Under the pieces are notes generated by a model. That model saw only the letters and a program-made list of their open reading frames with translations. It was not told the origin of the DNA and did no database searches. Below, one piece after another: positions 9,424 through 17,190 of a stretch of 64,000 bases of DNA. Each line of letters begins with the position of its first letter. Position 1 is the first letter of the stretch. The stretch is taken from NCBI GenBank assembly GCA_965116665.1, contig OZ220709.1, positions 1,340,669-1,404,668 on the forward strand. Reading direction: 5' to 3'. The stretch comes from Acidimicrobiales bacterium (GTDB lineage Bacteria > Actinomycetota > Acidimicrobiia > Acidimicrobiales > Aldehydirespiratoraceae). A program made the translations under genes and the position numbers.

Positions 9424-9656
9424 CAGCCGTGGTCGAGGGTTTCGACGCCGACGCGATGATCGAGCGCTTCCGCGAGCGGGCTGAGGGAGTCAAGCGCCGC
9501 AACCTTCCGCCGGTGGCGGGCGACGAGCGGCGGCACTTCCTCGAGCAGGCTCAGAAGGACTTCCAGGACTTCGCCATGATCGGCGACGCGGAGGCCACGC
9601 TGGAGGACGGTGTTCTGCGGCTCACGATCGACCTGCGTCCCCCGGAGGCTCGCTGA
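9420..9656 (+). CDS. Small hypothetical protein (78 aa)
   Basis: ORF 9420..9656 with a TTG start overlapping the upstream stop (GTG 9429 is an alternative). Balanced, non-shadow-like composition (ERFRERAEGVKRRNLPPVAGDERRHFLEQAQKDFQDF). No recognised domain. Confidence 0.45.
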   Translation: MTAVVEGFDADAMIERFRERAEGVKRRNLPPVAGDERRHFLEQAQKDFQDFAMIGDAEATLEDGVLRLTIDLRPPEAR

Positions 9657-9703
9657 CGCAGCGTGGCCGCGGGCGGGCCTCGCCGGTAGGATCGGCCGTC
9701 TCC

Positions 9704-9776
9704 GCGGACGTAGCTCAGTTGGTAGAGCGCAACCTTGCCAAGGTTGAGGTCGCCGGTTCGAGGCCGGTCGTCCGCT
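9704..9776 (+). tRNA. tRNA-Gly (anticodon GCC)
   Basis: Cloverleaf drawn by hand: acceptor GCGGACG/CGTCCGC, D-arm TAGCTCAGTTGGTAGAGC, anticodon stem CAACC/GGTTG with loop TTGCCAA, T-arm GCCGGTTCGAGGCCGGT. Confidence 0.9.
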
Positions 9777-9779
9777 CCG

Positions 9780-10355
9780 ATGAATGCTGGGGGAGCCTGC
9801 GGGGTGCGCTCCCTCGCGGCGTTGGGTGTGGAGCTGGTCGTGCTCGATGACTACTGGCGAGCTGACTGCGACGAGCGCACCGATGTCGGCTGGCTGGTCC
9901 ACCGAGCCAGGGACCGGGACGATCCCGATGCGCTCACCGAGTTGGCCGGCCGGTTCGCAGGTCTGGCCGGGGCGCTGGCGGACACTCCCGACGGCTCTGA
10001 CCGCCTGGTGGTGCCGGTTCCGCCCACGCTGCCGGCGGGGGACTCCACCGGCGGGCTGCTGGTCGACGCGCTGGCCCGTTCGCTGGCCGCGGCCGGGGCA
10101 GGGGAGTTCCGGCCGGATCTCGTGGCCAGAACCGCCGCCACGCCTCGTCTGCGCCACATCGATCCGCAGCGGCGGACCGAGATCGCGGCCGCAGCCGGCT
10201 ACCGGGCCTCCGATGCGGTCGCTGGGGGCCATGTGGTGGTGGTGGACGACGTGATCCTGACCGGCACGACCGTGGTCGCGGTAGCCGCCTGCCTGAGAGA
10301 CGCCGGGGCAGCCTCGGTCACCGCCGCCGTGGCCGCCCGAACGAGACTGCGCTGA
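9780..10355 (+). CDS. ComF-family / type I phosphoribosyltransferase-like protein
   Basis: ATG 9780 (GTG 9804 alternative) in ORF 9735..10355; upstream codons overlap the tRNA. PRPP-binding loop HVVVVDDVILTGTT. No N-terminal zinc finger. Confidence 0.7.
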   Translation: MNAGGACGVRSLAALGVELVVLDDYWRADCDERTDVGWLVHRARDRDDPDALTELAGRFAGLAGALADTPDGSDRLVVPVPPTLPAGDSTGGLLVDALARSLAAAGAGEFRPDLVARTAATPRLRHIDPQRRTEIAAAAGYRASDAVAGGHVVVVDDVILTGTTVVAVAACLRDAGAASVTAAVAARTRLR

Positions 10356-10441
10356 CAGGCCGCTCCCCGCCGTCTCCGTGCGCCGTGGCAGCGGTTGTTG
10401 CGGGACCGACAAACTGTATTACGAATCGGTATACTGCACGT

Positions 10442-10690
10442 ATGGCACAGATAATTGCGCGAGTGGACGATCGCCTGATGGAGCAGCTCGATGCGATCGT
10501 GGCGAGCGGCGAGGCGGAATCCCGCTCCGATGCCGTGCGGCGCGCGTTGGAGGCGATGATCGATCAGCGCCGGCGCCGGCTCGTCGGCGAGTCGATCGCG
10601 GAGGGCTACCGCCGGGTGCCCGAGACCGATGAGGAACTGCGCTGGGCGGACGAGAACACTCGCGCCATGATCGCTGAGGAGCCCTGGTAG
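10442..10690 (+). CDS. Ribbon-helix-helix (CopG/MazE-like) antitoxin
   Basis: ATG 10442 in ORF 10385..10690. MAQIIARVDDRLMEQLDAIVASGEAESRSDAVRRALEAMI is a typical RHH fold signature. Its stop lies 2 nt before the toxin start. Confidence 0.75.
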   Translation: MAQIIARVDDRLMEQLDAIVASGEAESRSDAVRRALEAMIDQRRRRLVGESIAEGYRRVPETDEELRWADENTRAMIAEEPW

Positions 10691-10692
10691 CG

Positions 10693-11004
10693 GTGGCGGC
10701 GATGGCTCAGGGCGACATCTGGTGGGCCGAGAGCGAGATGGGGCGCCGGCCCGTGCTGGTAGTCACCCGCAACGAGGCCATCGGCGTGCTCAACAAGGTT
10801 GTCGTGGCTCCCGTCACCCGCACCGTCAGGGGCATTCCGACCGAGGTGCCCCTCGATTCCGAGGACGGTCTGCCGCATCGCAGCGCGGCCTCCTTCGACA
10901 ACCTGCGAGTGGTCGCCAAGTCGCACCTCACCGAGCGTGTCGGCTCCATCGCGCATCGCCGCTCTGAGATCTGCACCGCTCTAGCTGCCATGGCCGATTG
11001 CTAG
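10693..11004 (+). CDS. MazF/PemK-family type II toxin endoribonuclease
   Basis: GDIWWAE...RRPVLVVTRNEAIGVLNKVVVAPVTR...IPTEVPL...AASFDNLRVV match the PemK pattern. Paired with the upstream RHH gene. Confidence 0.8.
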   Translation: MAAMAQGDIWWAESEMGRRPVLVVTRNEAIGVLNKVVVAPVTRTVRGIPTEVPLDSEDGLPHRSAASFDNLRVVAKSHLTERVGSIAHRRSEICTALAAMADC

Positions 11005-11170
11005 TCCCACGTCCTGCAGGCTCGACCCCGGAGGCAACGGGAACCGGCATTCCAGTTACCCATCAGAAGATCAAGAAACTGGCGGCCGTCCTCGGCACAG
11101 CGCCGACGGGCTGCGCCCCACCGTCACCGGGTCTGCCCGAGGGCCTGGCACCGGTACGCTGCGATTCCCT

Positions 11171-11245
11171 GCGCCGGTGCCCGAGCGGACCAAGGGAACG
11201 GCCTGCAAAGCCGTAAAGCCGCGGGTTCAAATCCCGCCCGGCGCT
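11171..11245 (+). tRNA. tRNA-Cys (anticodon GCA), followed by CCA
   Basis: Acceptor GCGCCGG/CCGGCGC, anticodon stem ACGGC/GCCGT with loop CTGCAAA, T-arm GCGGGTTCAAATCCCGC, discriminator T, then CCA at 11246-11248. Confidence 0.85.
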
Positions 11246-11404
11246 CCAGTGGCCCCTTCTCCCTAATTCGGAGTTCGGCTTCCCGCAATTGTCTGTAGCG
11301 CTGTAGTGGACAGCACTTGGGGCTGTGGACGCCGTAATTGTCCGTCGTGTGGGTGTCTTCGGCGACCTCGGGGCCTCCGGAGCTTGTGCACGGGCGCGGC
11401 AAAG

Positions 11405-11425
11405 CCGGCGGTCTGTGACCGCCGG
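11405..11425 (-). terminator. Possible stem-loop terminator after the transposase gene
   Basis: CCGGCGGT-CTGTG-ACCGCCGG: an 8-bp GC stem about 25 nt past the stop at 11450. No U-tract. Confidence 0.3.
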
Positions 11426-11449
11426 ACTCGCCTGAGGCCCTAGTTGGCG

Positions 11450-13363
11450 TTAGGGAGGCGCCCGATCCGGCGGCCGGTCAGGCGGCCGGTGTTCGCGGTC
11501 GGCGTCTGGTGCCGTTGAGGAGACGTCGGGGGTGGTCTCGCTGGGTGGTTCTTCGATGTTGTTGGAGTGGCCTGTGGTCTCGCCGTCGTTCGCGGCCTGC
11601 TTGTTGGTTGACTTGTTGGCCTTCTTTGCTGCCCGTTTGGCTCGTTGGTCTTTGACGGTCTCTTTGAGGTTGTGAGCGACCGCGAGCGCGATCGAGGCCA
11701 TCGTGTTAGCGGCCAGGCCAAACGCTTGACACCGCCCAATCTCGCGACCTTTTTCGGGCTTGAACATGCCGTTGACCGTCTCGACGAGGTTGCGGCGCCC
11801 ATAAGCAACTTTCCACGCCGGTGTGCCGTAAGGGATCAGCTGGTAGTGGTCGAGGTCTTTGAGTTTGATGGTGACGACCCCACCGCAGCACTGTGTCGTG
11901 CCGGGCTTGGCGAGCGGTGGGTGGTCATAGGTCTGCGGCGGGGCTGAGGGGTCGTCGCAAAGGTCGGAACAGGCGGGGCATCGGAACCGTTTGTCGCCGG
12001 TCATTTCGCCGGATTTGGTCTTGACGTACCAGCGGTCCGCCCATCGCAGCAGTTTCGCCCGCAGGGCGTACCATTCCGCGAGTTTCTTCCTCTCTTCGGG
12101 GCGCAGGTACCGGGCGGGGGGCTTCTCCCAGTAGCGGGTGATCCAGTGCGGCAGGATCGTGCCGCAGTGGATGTGCACCGCGGTTCGCGTCTTGGTGGTT
12201 GCGCCGACGGTGATGGTCCGGGCTTTGCGGCGAACAGTGACCTTGTAGTCCATTGTGATGTTGATTTCGATCTCGTGCAATGGCCGCACGAATGTCTCGA
12301 TCTTGGTGCTGTAGCCCCGATCGGCTATGACGTCGTTGAGACTTGGGGCGTTGATGCGGCCCGCCTCGACCACGTCGCGGCCGTTTGGTCCCGGGTCGGT
12401 GCCGGCGGGTTTGACGCTCAGCGCGAGGATGTAGAGCGGGACTTCGTCGCCGAGCGCGAGCTTGTCCGGGTTGCCGCTCCAGCGCGCTTCTTGGCACGCG
12501 ACGAGCAGCGTGAGCCCGTAGCCGACGTAGTGTCCCGCGGGTAGGCCCGATGTGGCGGTTGCCCATCCCATGCGAGCGTCGGGGTCCTTGCCATGGATGA
12601 GCCTGCCGTCGGGGCCGACCTCGTAGCCCATGTGGATCGCTTGGGCCTCGATCATCGCGACCCATTCCTCGCCCTCGGTGGGGACCGGCCTATTCGGGTT
12701 CTCTTTGCGCCAGCGCTCCTTGGCCTCCCGCTCCAGTTCGGCCTGGTTCTCGAACACGGTCGTGCGGCGGGCCCACATCGGGCGGGGGGTCTCGTCGAGC
12801 GCGGCCGCTTTGATGGCGCGTAGCGCGGCCGGCGGGATGCTGGCTCCGAGCAGCCGCGTCGACAGCCAGTCAAAATCCCGGTACTGCTTGCCTTCGAACC
12901 ACCCCAACTTCAGCGTGTTCTCGAGCTCTTTGATTCGCCTGGCGATCGTGTTGTATGTGATGTGCTCCCACCGGCTGGCGGTGCATACTCCCAGTTCGTA
13001 TGCGACGGTTGCGTCGAGCCCGATCAGGGCCAGCGCGACGGCGCTTCGGTTGTAGCTGCGGGAGGGGTCGTACGCGGCGACGATCATCGCCACCAGCAGC
13101 GCCTCGACACTGATGCGGCGCTTGGGACCCCGACGCGAGGCAGGTCCATCGACCTGGCGCTCCAGTTCGTCTGCCACGCCTGCGCGGCGCACGGCGTTGA
13201 GGATCCGCATGCCCACCGCCTTGGAGGTGATCATCGGCTCAGCCCCCTGGTTGGGATGACCAGACGGGATCGACGGCCGCTTGTCGTTGTGTCGCTGGCG
13301 TTGCCGCGCGGTGAGCGCCGCCTTCGGCCTGCGGCCCGAGGGTGGCTTGCGTCGGCGGCTCAT
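11450..13363 (-). CDS. IS4-superfamily DDE transposase (637 aa)
   Basis: ORF 11450..13363. Contains ADRGYS (second catalytic Asp context) and an exact Y-(2)-R-(3)-E-(6)-K signature in YGRRNLVETVNGMFK. Also a CxxC...CC cluster and a basic N-terminal DNA-binding region. Confidence 0.75.
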   Translation of the reverse strand: MSRRRKPPSGRRPKAALTARQRQRHNDKRPSIPSGHPNQGAEPMITSKAVGMRILNAVRRAGVADELERQVDGPASRRGPKRRISVEALLVAMIVAAYDPSRSYNRSAVALALIGLDATVAYELGVCTASRWEHITYNTIARRIKELENTLKLGWFEGKQYRDFDWLSTRLLGASIPPAALRAIKAAALDETPRPMWARRTTVFENQAELEREAKERWRKENPNRPVPTEGEEWVAMIEAQAIHMGYEVGPDGRLIHGKDPDARMGWATATSGLPAGHYVGYGLTLLVACQEARWSGNPDKLALGDEVPLYILALSVKPAGTDPGPNGRDVVEAGRINAPSLNDVIADRGYSTKIETFVRPLHEIEINITMDYKVTVRRKARTITVGATTKTRTAVHIHCGTILPHWITRYWEKPPARYLRPEERKKLAEWYALRAKLLRWADRWYVKTKSGEMTGDKRFRCPACSDLCDDPSAPPQTYDHPPLAKPGTTQCCGGVVTIKLKDLDHYQLIPYGTPAWKVAYGRRNLVETVNGMFKPEKGREIGRCQAFGLAANTMASIALAVAHNLKETVKDQRAKRAAKKANKSTNKQAANDGETTGHSNNIEEPPSETTPDVSSTAPDADREHRPPDRPPDRAPP

Positions 13364-13854
13364 GCTCGCAAGAACCCTTCGCTGGGGTGCTCAGCGGTCG
13401 GCAGTGCTTCCAGCGTCGTGAGTCGTCTGGCGACTGTCTTGTACGTGACCTGCTGCCATTGGTCGGTATCGCACAGCCCCAGTTCATGAGCGACGTCGGC
13501 GTCGAGGCCGATGAGCGCCAACACGACGGCAGCTCGGGTATGACTAGGGGCGGGGCCGCTGGCGGCGATGATCTTGGCCACCAGGAGTGCTTCGACGCTG
13601 ATGCGGCGCTTGGGGCCTCGATGTGCCCCGGTGCGATCCAACCGCTCCTCAAGCCACTGCGCGACGCCGGAACGGCGCACAGTGTTGAGGACCTCCATGC
13701 CCAACGCCTTGGAACTCAGCAGCGGTTCTGCGGCCCGGTTGGGGTGGTCACGCGGGACCGGTGGCCGGATGTCGTTGAGCCGTTGGCGCTGCTGGTGGGT
13801 GAGTGTCGGCGCGTCGCGATTGCCGCGGGTCGATGGCTTCGGTTCGCGGCTCAT
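13360..13854 (-). CDS. Stand-alone paralogue of the transposase N-terminal (DNA-binding) domain, 164 aa
   Basis: ATG 13854 overlaps the upstream stop (ATGA), and its own stop overlaps the transposase ATG (ATGA at 13360-13363). It aligns by eye over ~150 aa to residues 1-160 of the 637-aa protein (GPKRRISVEALLVA, ALIGLDA, HELG). Confidence 0.6.
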   Translation of the reverse strand: MSREPKPSTRGNRDAPTLTHQQRQRLNDIRPPVPRDHPNRAAEPLLSSKALGMEVLNTVRRSGVAQWLEERLDRTGAHRGPKRRISVEALLVAKIIAASGPAPSHTRAAVVLALIGLDADVAHELGLCDTDQWQQVTYKTVARRLTTLEALPTAEHPSEGFLRA

Positions 13855-14804
13855 GCCCGCATCGCCTCTTCCACGGCCTGCTCGGGTGTGAGCACCCGAC
13901 AGGCGGGCGGCAACAGAGCGTCCAGCCGGGTTAGGGACTTGCGCCCGGCGACAGCCTCCAACACATGCAGCCGTGTCCCGGCGACGAGGTGCGCGACCAG
14001 CCACGTAGCGTTTGCACGCGGCAGCGACAGTCCCTCTTGGGTGAGTCCCGCCGCGATGTTGTACACGGTGTGCGAGCCGTCGGTGACGATGAACTTGCCT
14101 GTGCGGGCCTCGCGTGCGGCCTCGCGCACAACCTCTGTGTACAGATCTCGGATCGGGACCACCTCGGCGTAGTGGGCGGTTCGTATTCCGATGCGGCCGT
14201 TTCGCAGTTCGACGAGATCCTCGACGCATGCTTCGCGGATCTTGGGTCCGGGCCATCCTGCGCCCGCGCTGGCGCCCAGTATGAAGAGCCGGGCGGCTCG
14301 TTGCGGGTATCCGCCTAGGAGAGCGTTGGCGATGAAGCTGTCCTCTTGATACGGCTCATAGCCCTTCGGAGGGCCGCTGCGCCCGATCGGCGGCGGCGGT
14401 GGCGCGAACTCGGCCGGGTTTGCTGTCGTCCCCAGCCGCCGCAGCGCCGGTCGCATCGCGTAGCGCCACGACTCCGGTTGACGCCGCCGCTCCGACACTA
14501 GGAACGTTTCGATGTTGTGGTGCTGGTATAGATTTTTGTCGTCGTTGATGCCATATTGGAAGCCCCATAGCGCGAATCGGATCGCGGCCCACAGCAGCAG
14601 CCGTGCCACCCTGGGGGTGGCGGGCACCGCGGCGGTCACCAGGGCCCGGACCCTCGGCATCGCCTCGGCAACATCCTCTGGGTCCGCCGTGAGCTTCTTC
14701 GGCCGGTAGCCCGCGATCTTGTCGACGACCACCGGAGCGATCTTCGGTCGGCGGCGGCTCACGCCCCACTCCCGCTGTTCGGGCGCCGCCGCGACAAACC
14801 GCAC
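13851..14804 (-). CDS. Hypothetical protein, possibly a degenerate tyrosine-recombinase-like fold
   Basis: ORF 13851..14804 with protein-like composition. The C-terminal LSLPRANATWLVAHLVAGTRLHVLEAVAGRKSLTRLD resembles the HxxR...GH...Y region of integrases but lacks the His/Tyr. Start uncertain. Confidence 0.45.
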   Translation of the reverse strand: MRFVAAAPEQREWGVSRRRPKIAPVVVDKIAGYRPKKLTADPEDVAEAMPRVRALVTAAVPATPRVARLLLWAAIRFALWGFQYGINDDKNLYQHHNIETFLVSERRRQPESWRYAMRPALRRLGTTANPAEFAPPPPPIGRSGPPKGYEPYQEDSFIANALLGGYPQRAARLFILGASAGAGWPGPKIREACVEDLVELRNGRIGIRTAHYAEVVPIRDLYTEVVREAAREARTGKFIVTDGSHTVYNIAAGLTQEGLSLPRANATWLVAHLVAGTRLHVLEAVAGRKSLTRLDALLPPACRVLTPEQAVEEAMRA

Positions 14805-15402
14805 AGGTTCCGGCGGCGAGCCCCAGGGTTCGCTATCTCGCCGATCGGTGTCGGCAGAGTAGGGCCAATTTCTGGTGCCGTGGCGATCGCGCGCGCCACG
14901 AGCACGGAGATGCTATGATTCATCTCTACCTTTCGGATGAGCCGTAAGCCCTGCCTCAGGCAAGAAGTCGGGCTTGCGGCTCGTTCGCGTTTTGGACTGC
15001 CATAACGGTAGGGGTCCGGAACACTCGAGCAACGCCGGTGCGGCGACCGGCAGGCCAAATCGCGAAGCGGGGCCCGAAGCTGTCCCCCGCGAACTCGCTT
15101 CTACAAAATATGTGTTTTCAGCTCTGGGAACCAGCACACCGATTACCCCTTTTAACAGATGTTTTAGCGTTGCCCGGAAAGTTATATCTGCTCAATCAAA
15201 TGTTACCAACATATCGGGTTGTCACACTGTCGAGAAGTTGATTCCGGGGTGCGCTGCGTCGGCTTGGCGCGGTCCGGGAGCCCCGCTGCGGAACGCCTTA
15301 CGGGCACCTGTGAAGCCGTGGAGCCGATCCAGTCGGTGTGATCAGTTGCGGTCTTGGCTCGGGGCCTAGCGGCTTGACACACACAGCGGCTACCTTCGCG
15401 CT

Positions 15403-15783
15403 GTGCCTCCCCGCAAGAAGCCGAAGAACCTCAAGCCGCGCCTTAAGCGCACCAAGGACCTCAAATCAGCGGATGAGTTCGACCCGCCCCGCACGTACAT
15501 CGTGTCCGGCAAATGGCCCCACGGGCAACTGGCGCCAGATGCACCTCCCGAGGCGCGTCTGCTCCAAGGGATCGCAAGAGACTTCGACGAGTACCGCAAC
15601 AGGGACGACTACCACAATGCCGTCTACGTCATCGCCCACGAACTGAAGTTGAGCCATGCGACGGTCTACAACATCCTTCGGGGCACGACATGGCCCAATC
15701 TCATCACCATCGCCCGCCTGGAGATCCTCTACAAGCGTCGCCTCTGGGGAAACGAACACCTCGACAAGAAGCAGCGATCCTGA
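15403..15783 (+). CDS. Small basic HTH DNA-binding protein (Xre-like)
   Basis: ORF 15403..15783. Lys/Arg-rich N-terminus, then IAHELKLSHATVYNILRGTTWPNLITIARLE (helix-turn-helix pattern). Preceded by a visibly AT-richer intergenic region. Confidence 0.55.
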   Translation: MPPRKKPKNLKPRLKRTKDLKSADEFDPPRTYIVSGKWPHGQLAPDAPPEARLLQGIARDFDEYRNRDDYHNAVYVIAHELKLSHATVYNILRGTTWPNLITIARLEILYKRRLWGNEHLDKKQRS

Positions 15784-16028
15784 GACAGATCACCCCATCG
15801 GGCCGCTAACTCAGGGCACAGCAAGTCGGCGAGGTCTCACAAGCCTCCGAACATCGTCCCCCGTCCCGAGGCGTGTGACCTCACGAGACCGCCCGGCCAC
15901 GTTGTCTCAAGTCGCTTCTCGCGTGTGGATGCTGAACACCGGCAGGCAGCGCCACCTAGTCCGCATCCCTCATGACAGCAAGGCCAAGCGTGGAGCCCTC
16001 CGAGACGGAGGGCTAGCTTCTGTGACGC

Positions 16029-16994
16029 ATGCCGCAGTCAGGGCCTTCAGATTGGGGATGGTTGGATGATCCCGACGTGGCGGCAGAGTTGGAGGCCAGA
16101 GAGGCGAGAGCGGCCGCGGACCCCTATGAACGGTGGGCGGGTGAACTGTTGACCTCCTTGCTCGGAGGCGTCGACTGGGTCCCGCGGGACGTGGGATCTG
16201 CTGGTGACGGGCTACACGACCTCGATGTGGTGTTCGGTGACGGAGAGCGCATAGCGGTAGAAGTCACGACCCACACATCTGAGGGTCGTGCAGCGTTCCA
16301 CGCGAAGTTGCGGAGCGTGAATCCGGTGCCGGCGGGGAGCTTGAGGCACCACTGGACGGTTGGTCTGGTAGCGCCGCGGGAGGAAGCGGCCGACGAAGCG
16401 GCCATGCATCGGATGGTCGACAAGGCCCGAATGGAGATTGTGGCGATCCTTGAACAGGTCGAGCACGAGGGCCTAGCGCACCATGTGGGCTTCGTCGGCG
16501 GTGTCATCGAGATGCCACCGGACGATCCCCGGTTCCAGACCCTCCGGGCTCTGGGCTCGAATCTCCGAGCGCTTGGTGTCAGCTATGCCTACCCCGAGGG
16601 CTGGCCGCAACAGGCCCGCATCTGGTTCACGCCTTCATGGCCAGGTACCACAGAGGCGCCTGACGAGATCGCAGATGCCGTGGACGCACACATCCCCCTC
16701 AATCTCACGAAGCTGCAGAGGGCAAGAGATGACGGCGCACAGGAAGCGCACCTGTTTCTGTGGCTTCCGAGCGGTGTCGGCCGCAGCGATGCAGCCGAAC
16801 TGTCATCCCGGAGCAGCTGGGCAAGCCCCGAGATGCCCCGCGAGACCGACCTGAGGGGACTCGATTCTGTGTGGGTGGCACCGGATGGATTCCCCGTCCA
16901 TAGCTTGGAGATCCACGGCTACTCATGGCCGATCTGGCAATTGAACCCGGCAGGATGGCGTCGGTGGGTCCGGTCGTGGATGTCCTTTCCCTGA
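16029..16994 (+). CDS. Hypothetical protein with a PD-(D/E)xK-like N-terminal motif
   Basis: ORF 16029..16994. GLHDLDVVFGDGERIAVEVTTH fits a D...E-x-T/K nuclease-fold pattern. No other recognisable domain. Confidence 0.45.
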   Translation: MPQSGPSDWGWLDDPDVAAELEAREARAAADPYERWAGELLTSLLGGVDWVPRDVGSAGDGLHDLDVVFGDGERIAVEVTTHTSEGRAAFHAKLRSVNPVPAGSLRHHWTVGLVAPREEAADEAAMHRMVDKARMEIVAILEQVEHEGLAHHVGFVGGVIEMPPDDPRFQTLRALGSNLRALGVSYAYPEGWPQQARIWFTPSWPGTTEAPDEIADAVDAHIPLNLTKLQRARDDGAQEAHLFLWLPSGVGRSDAAELSSRSSWASPEMPRETDLRGLDSVWVAPDGFPVHSLEIHGYSWPIWQLNPAGWRRWVRSWMSFP

Positions 16995-17190
16995 TCGGTG
17001 ATGCAGGTGAGCGCCTGGCCCGCGCATTCAGCGAAAGCGCTTCTCGGGCGGGCCGTGAAACCGATGACGGCTACCTGCGCGGTCCATGCGCTCCGTTCAG
17101 GTTCCCAACCCGCGTACGCTGCGCTGCCACAAGCATCCCGGGAGTGGAAGCGGTGTCCATAGCCACAGATGACCTAGTGCCGCGTCGGTA

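Noticed and set aside
7190-10412. ORFs 7190..8692 (-, 500 aa), 8323..9396 (-, 357 aa) and 8943..10412 (-, 489 aa).
   Set aside because: They are antisense to metX, the PLP enzyme gene and the repeat-protein gene, and they run straight through tRNA-Gly. The repeat-derived periodic sequences (RDGLLVRSGSHH..., ATTATASSSAPE...) are the mirror image of the real in-frame repeats.
9780-11004. Core-side ComF-like PRTase plus MazEF. Considered as a second DprA/PRTase-type defence module.
   Set aside because: There is no DprA-like or SIR2 gene adjacent. This PRTase lacks the ComFC zinc finger and is separated from MazEF by an intergenic gap. The MazEF pair is a self-contained type II TA.
11246-11450. 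Search for an att-type direct repeat of the tRNA-Cys 3' end, and for transposon inverted repeats (AATTGTC-containing motifs at about 11300 and 11335).
   Set aside because: I could not find a matching second copy of the tRNA-Cys 3' end or of these motifs by eye elsewhere in the window. Island boundaries at this tRNA therefore remain unproven and need a computational repeat search.
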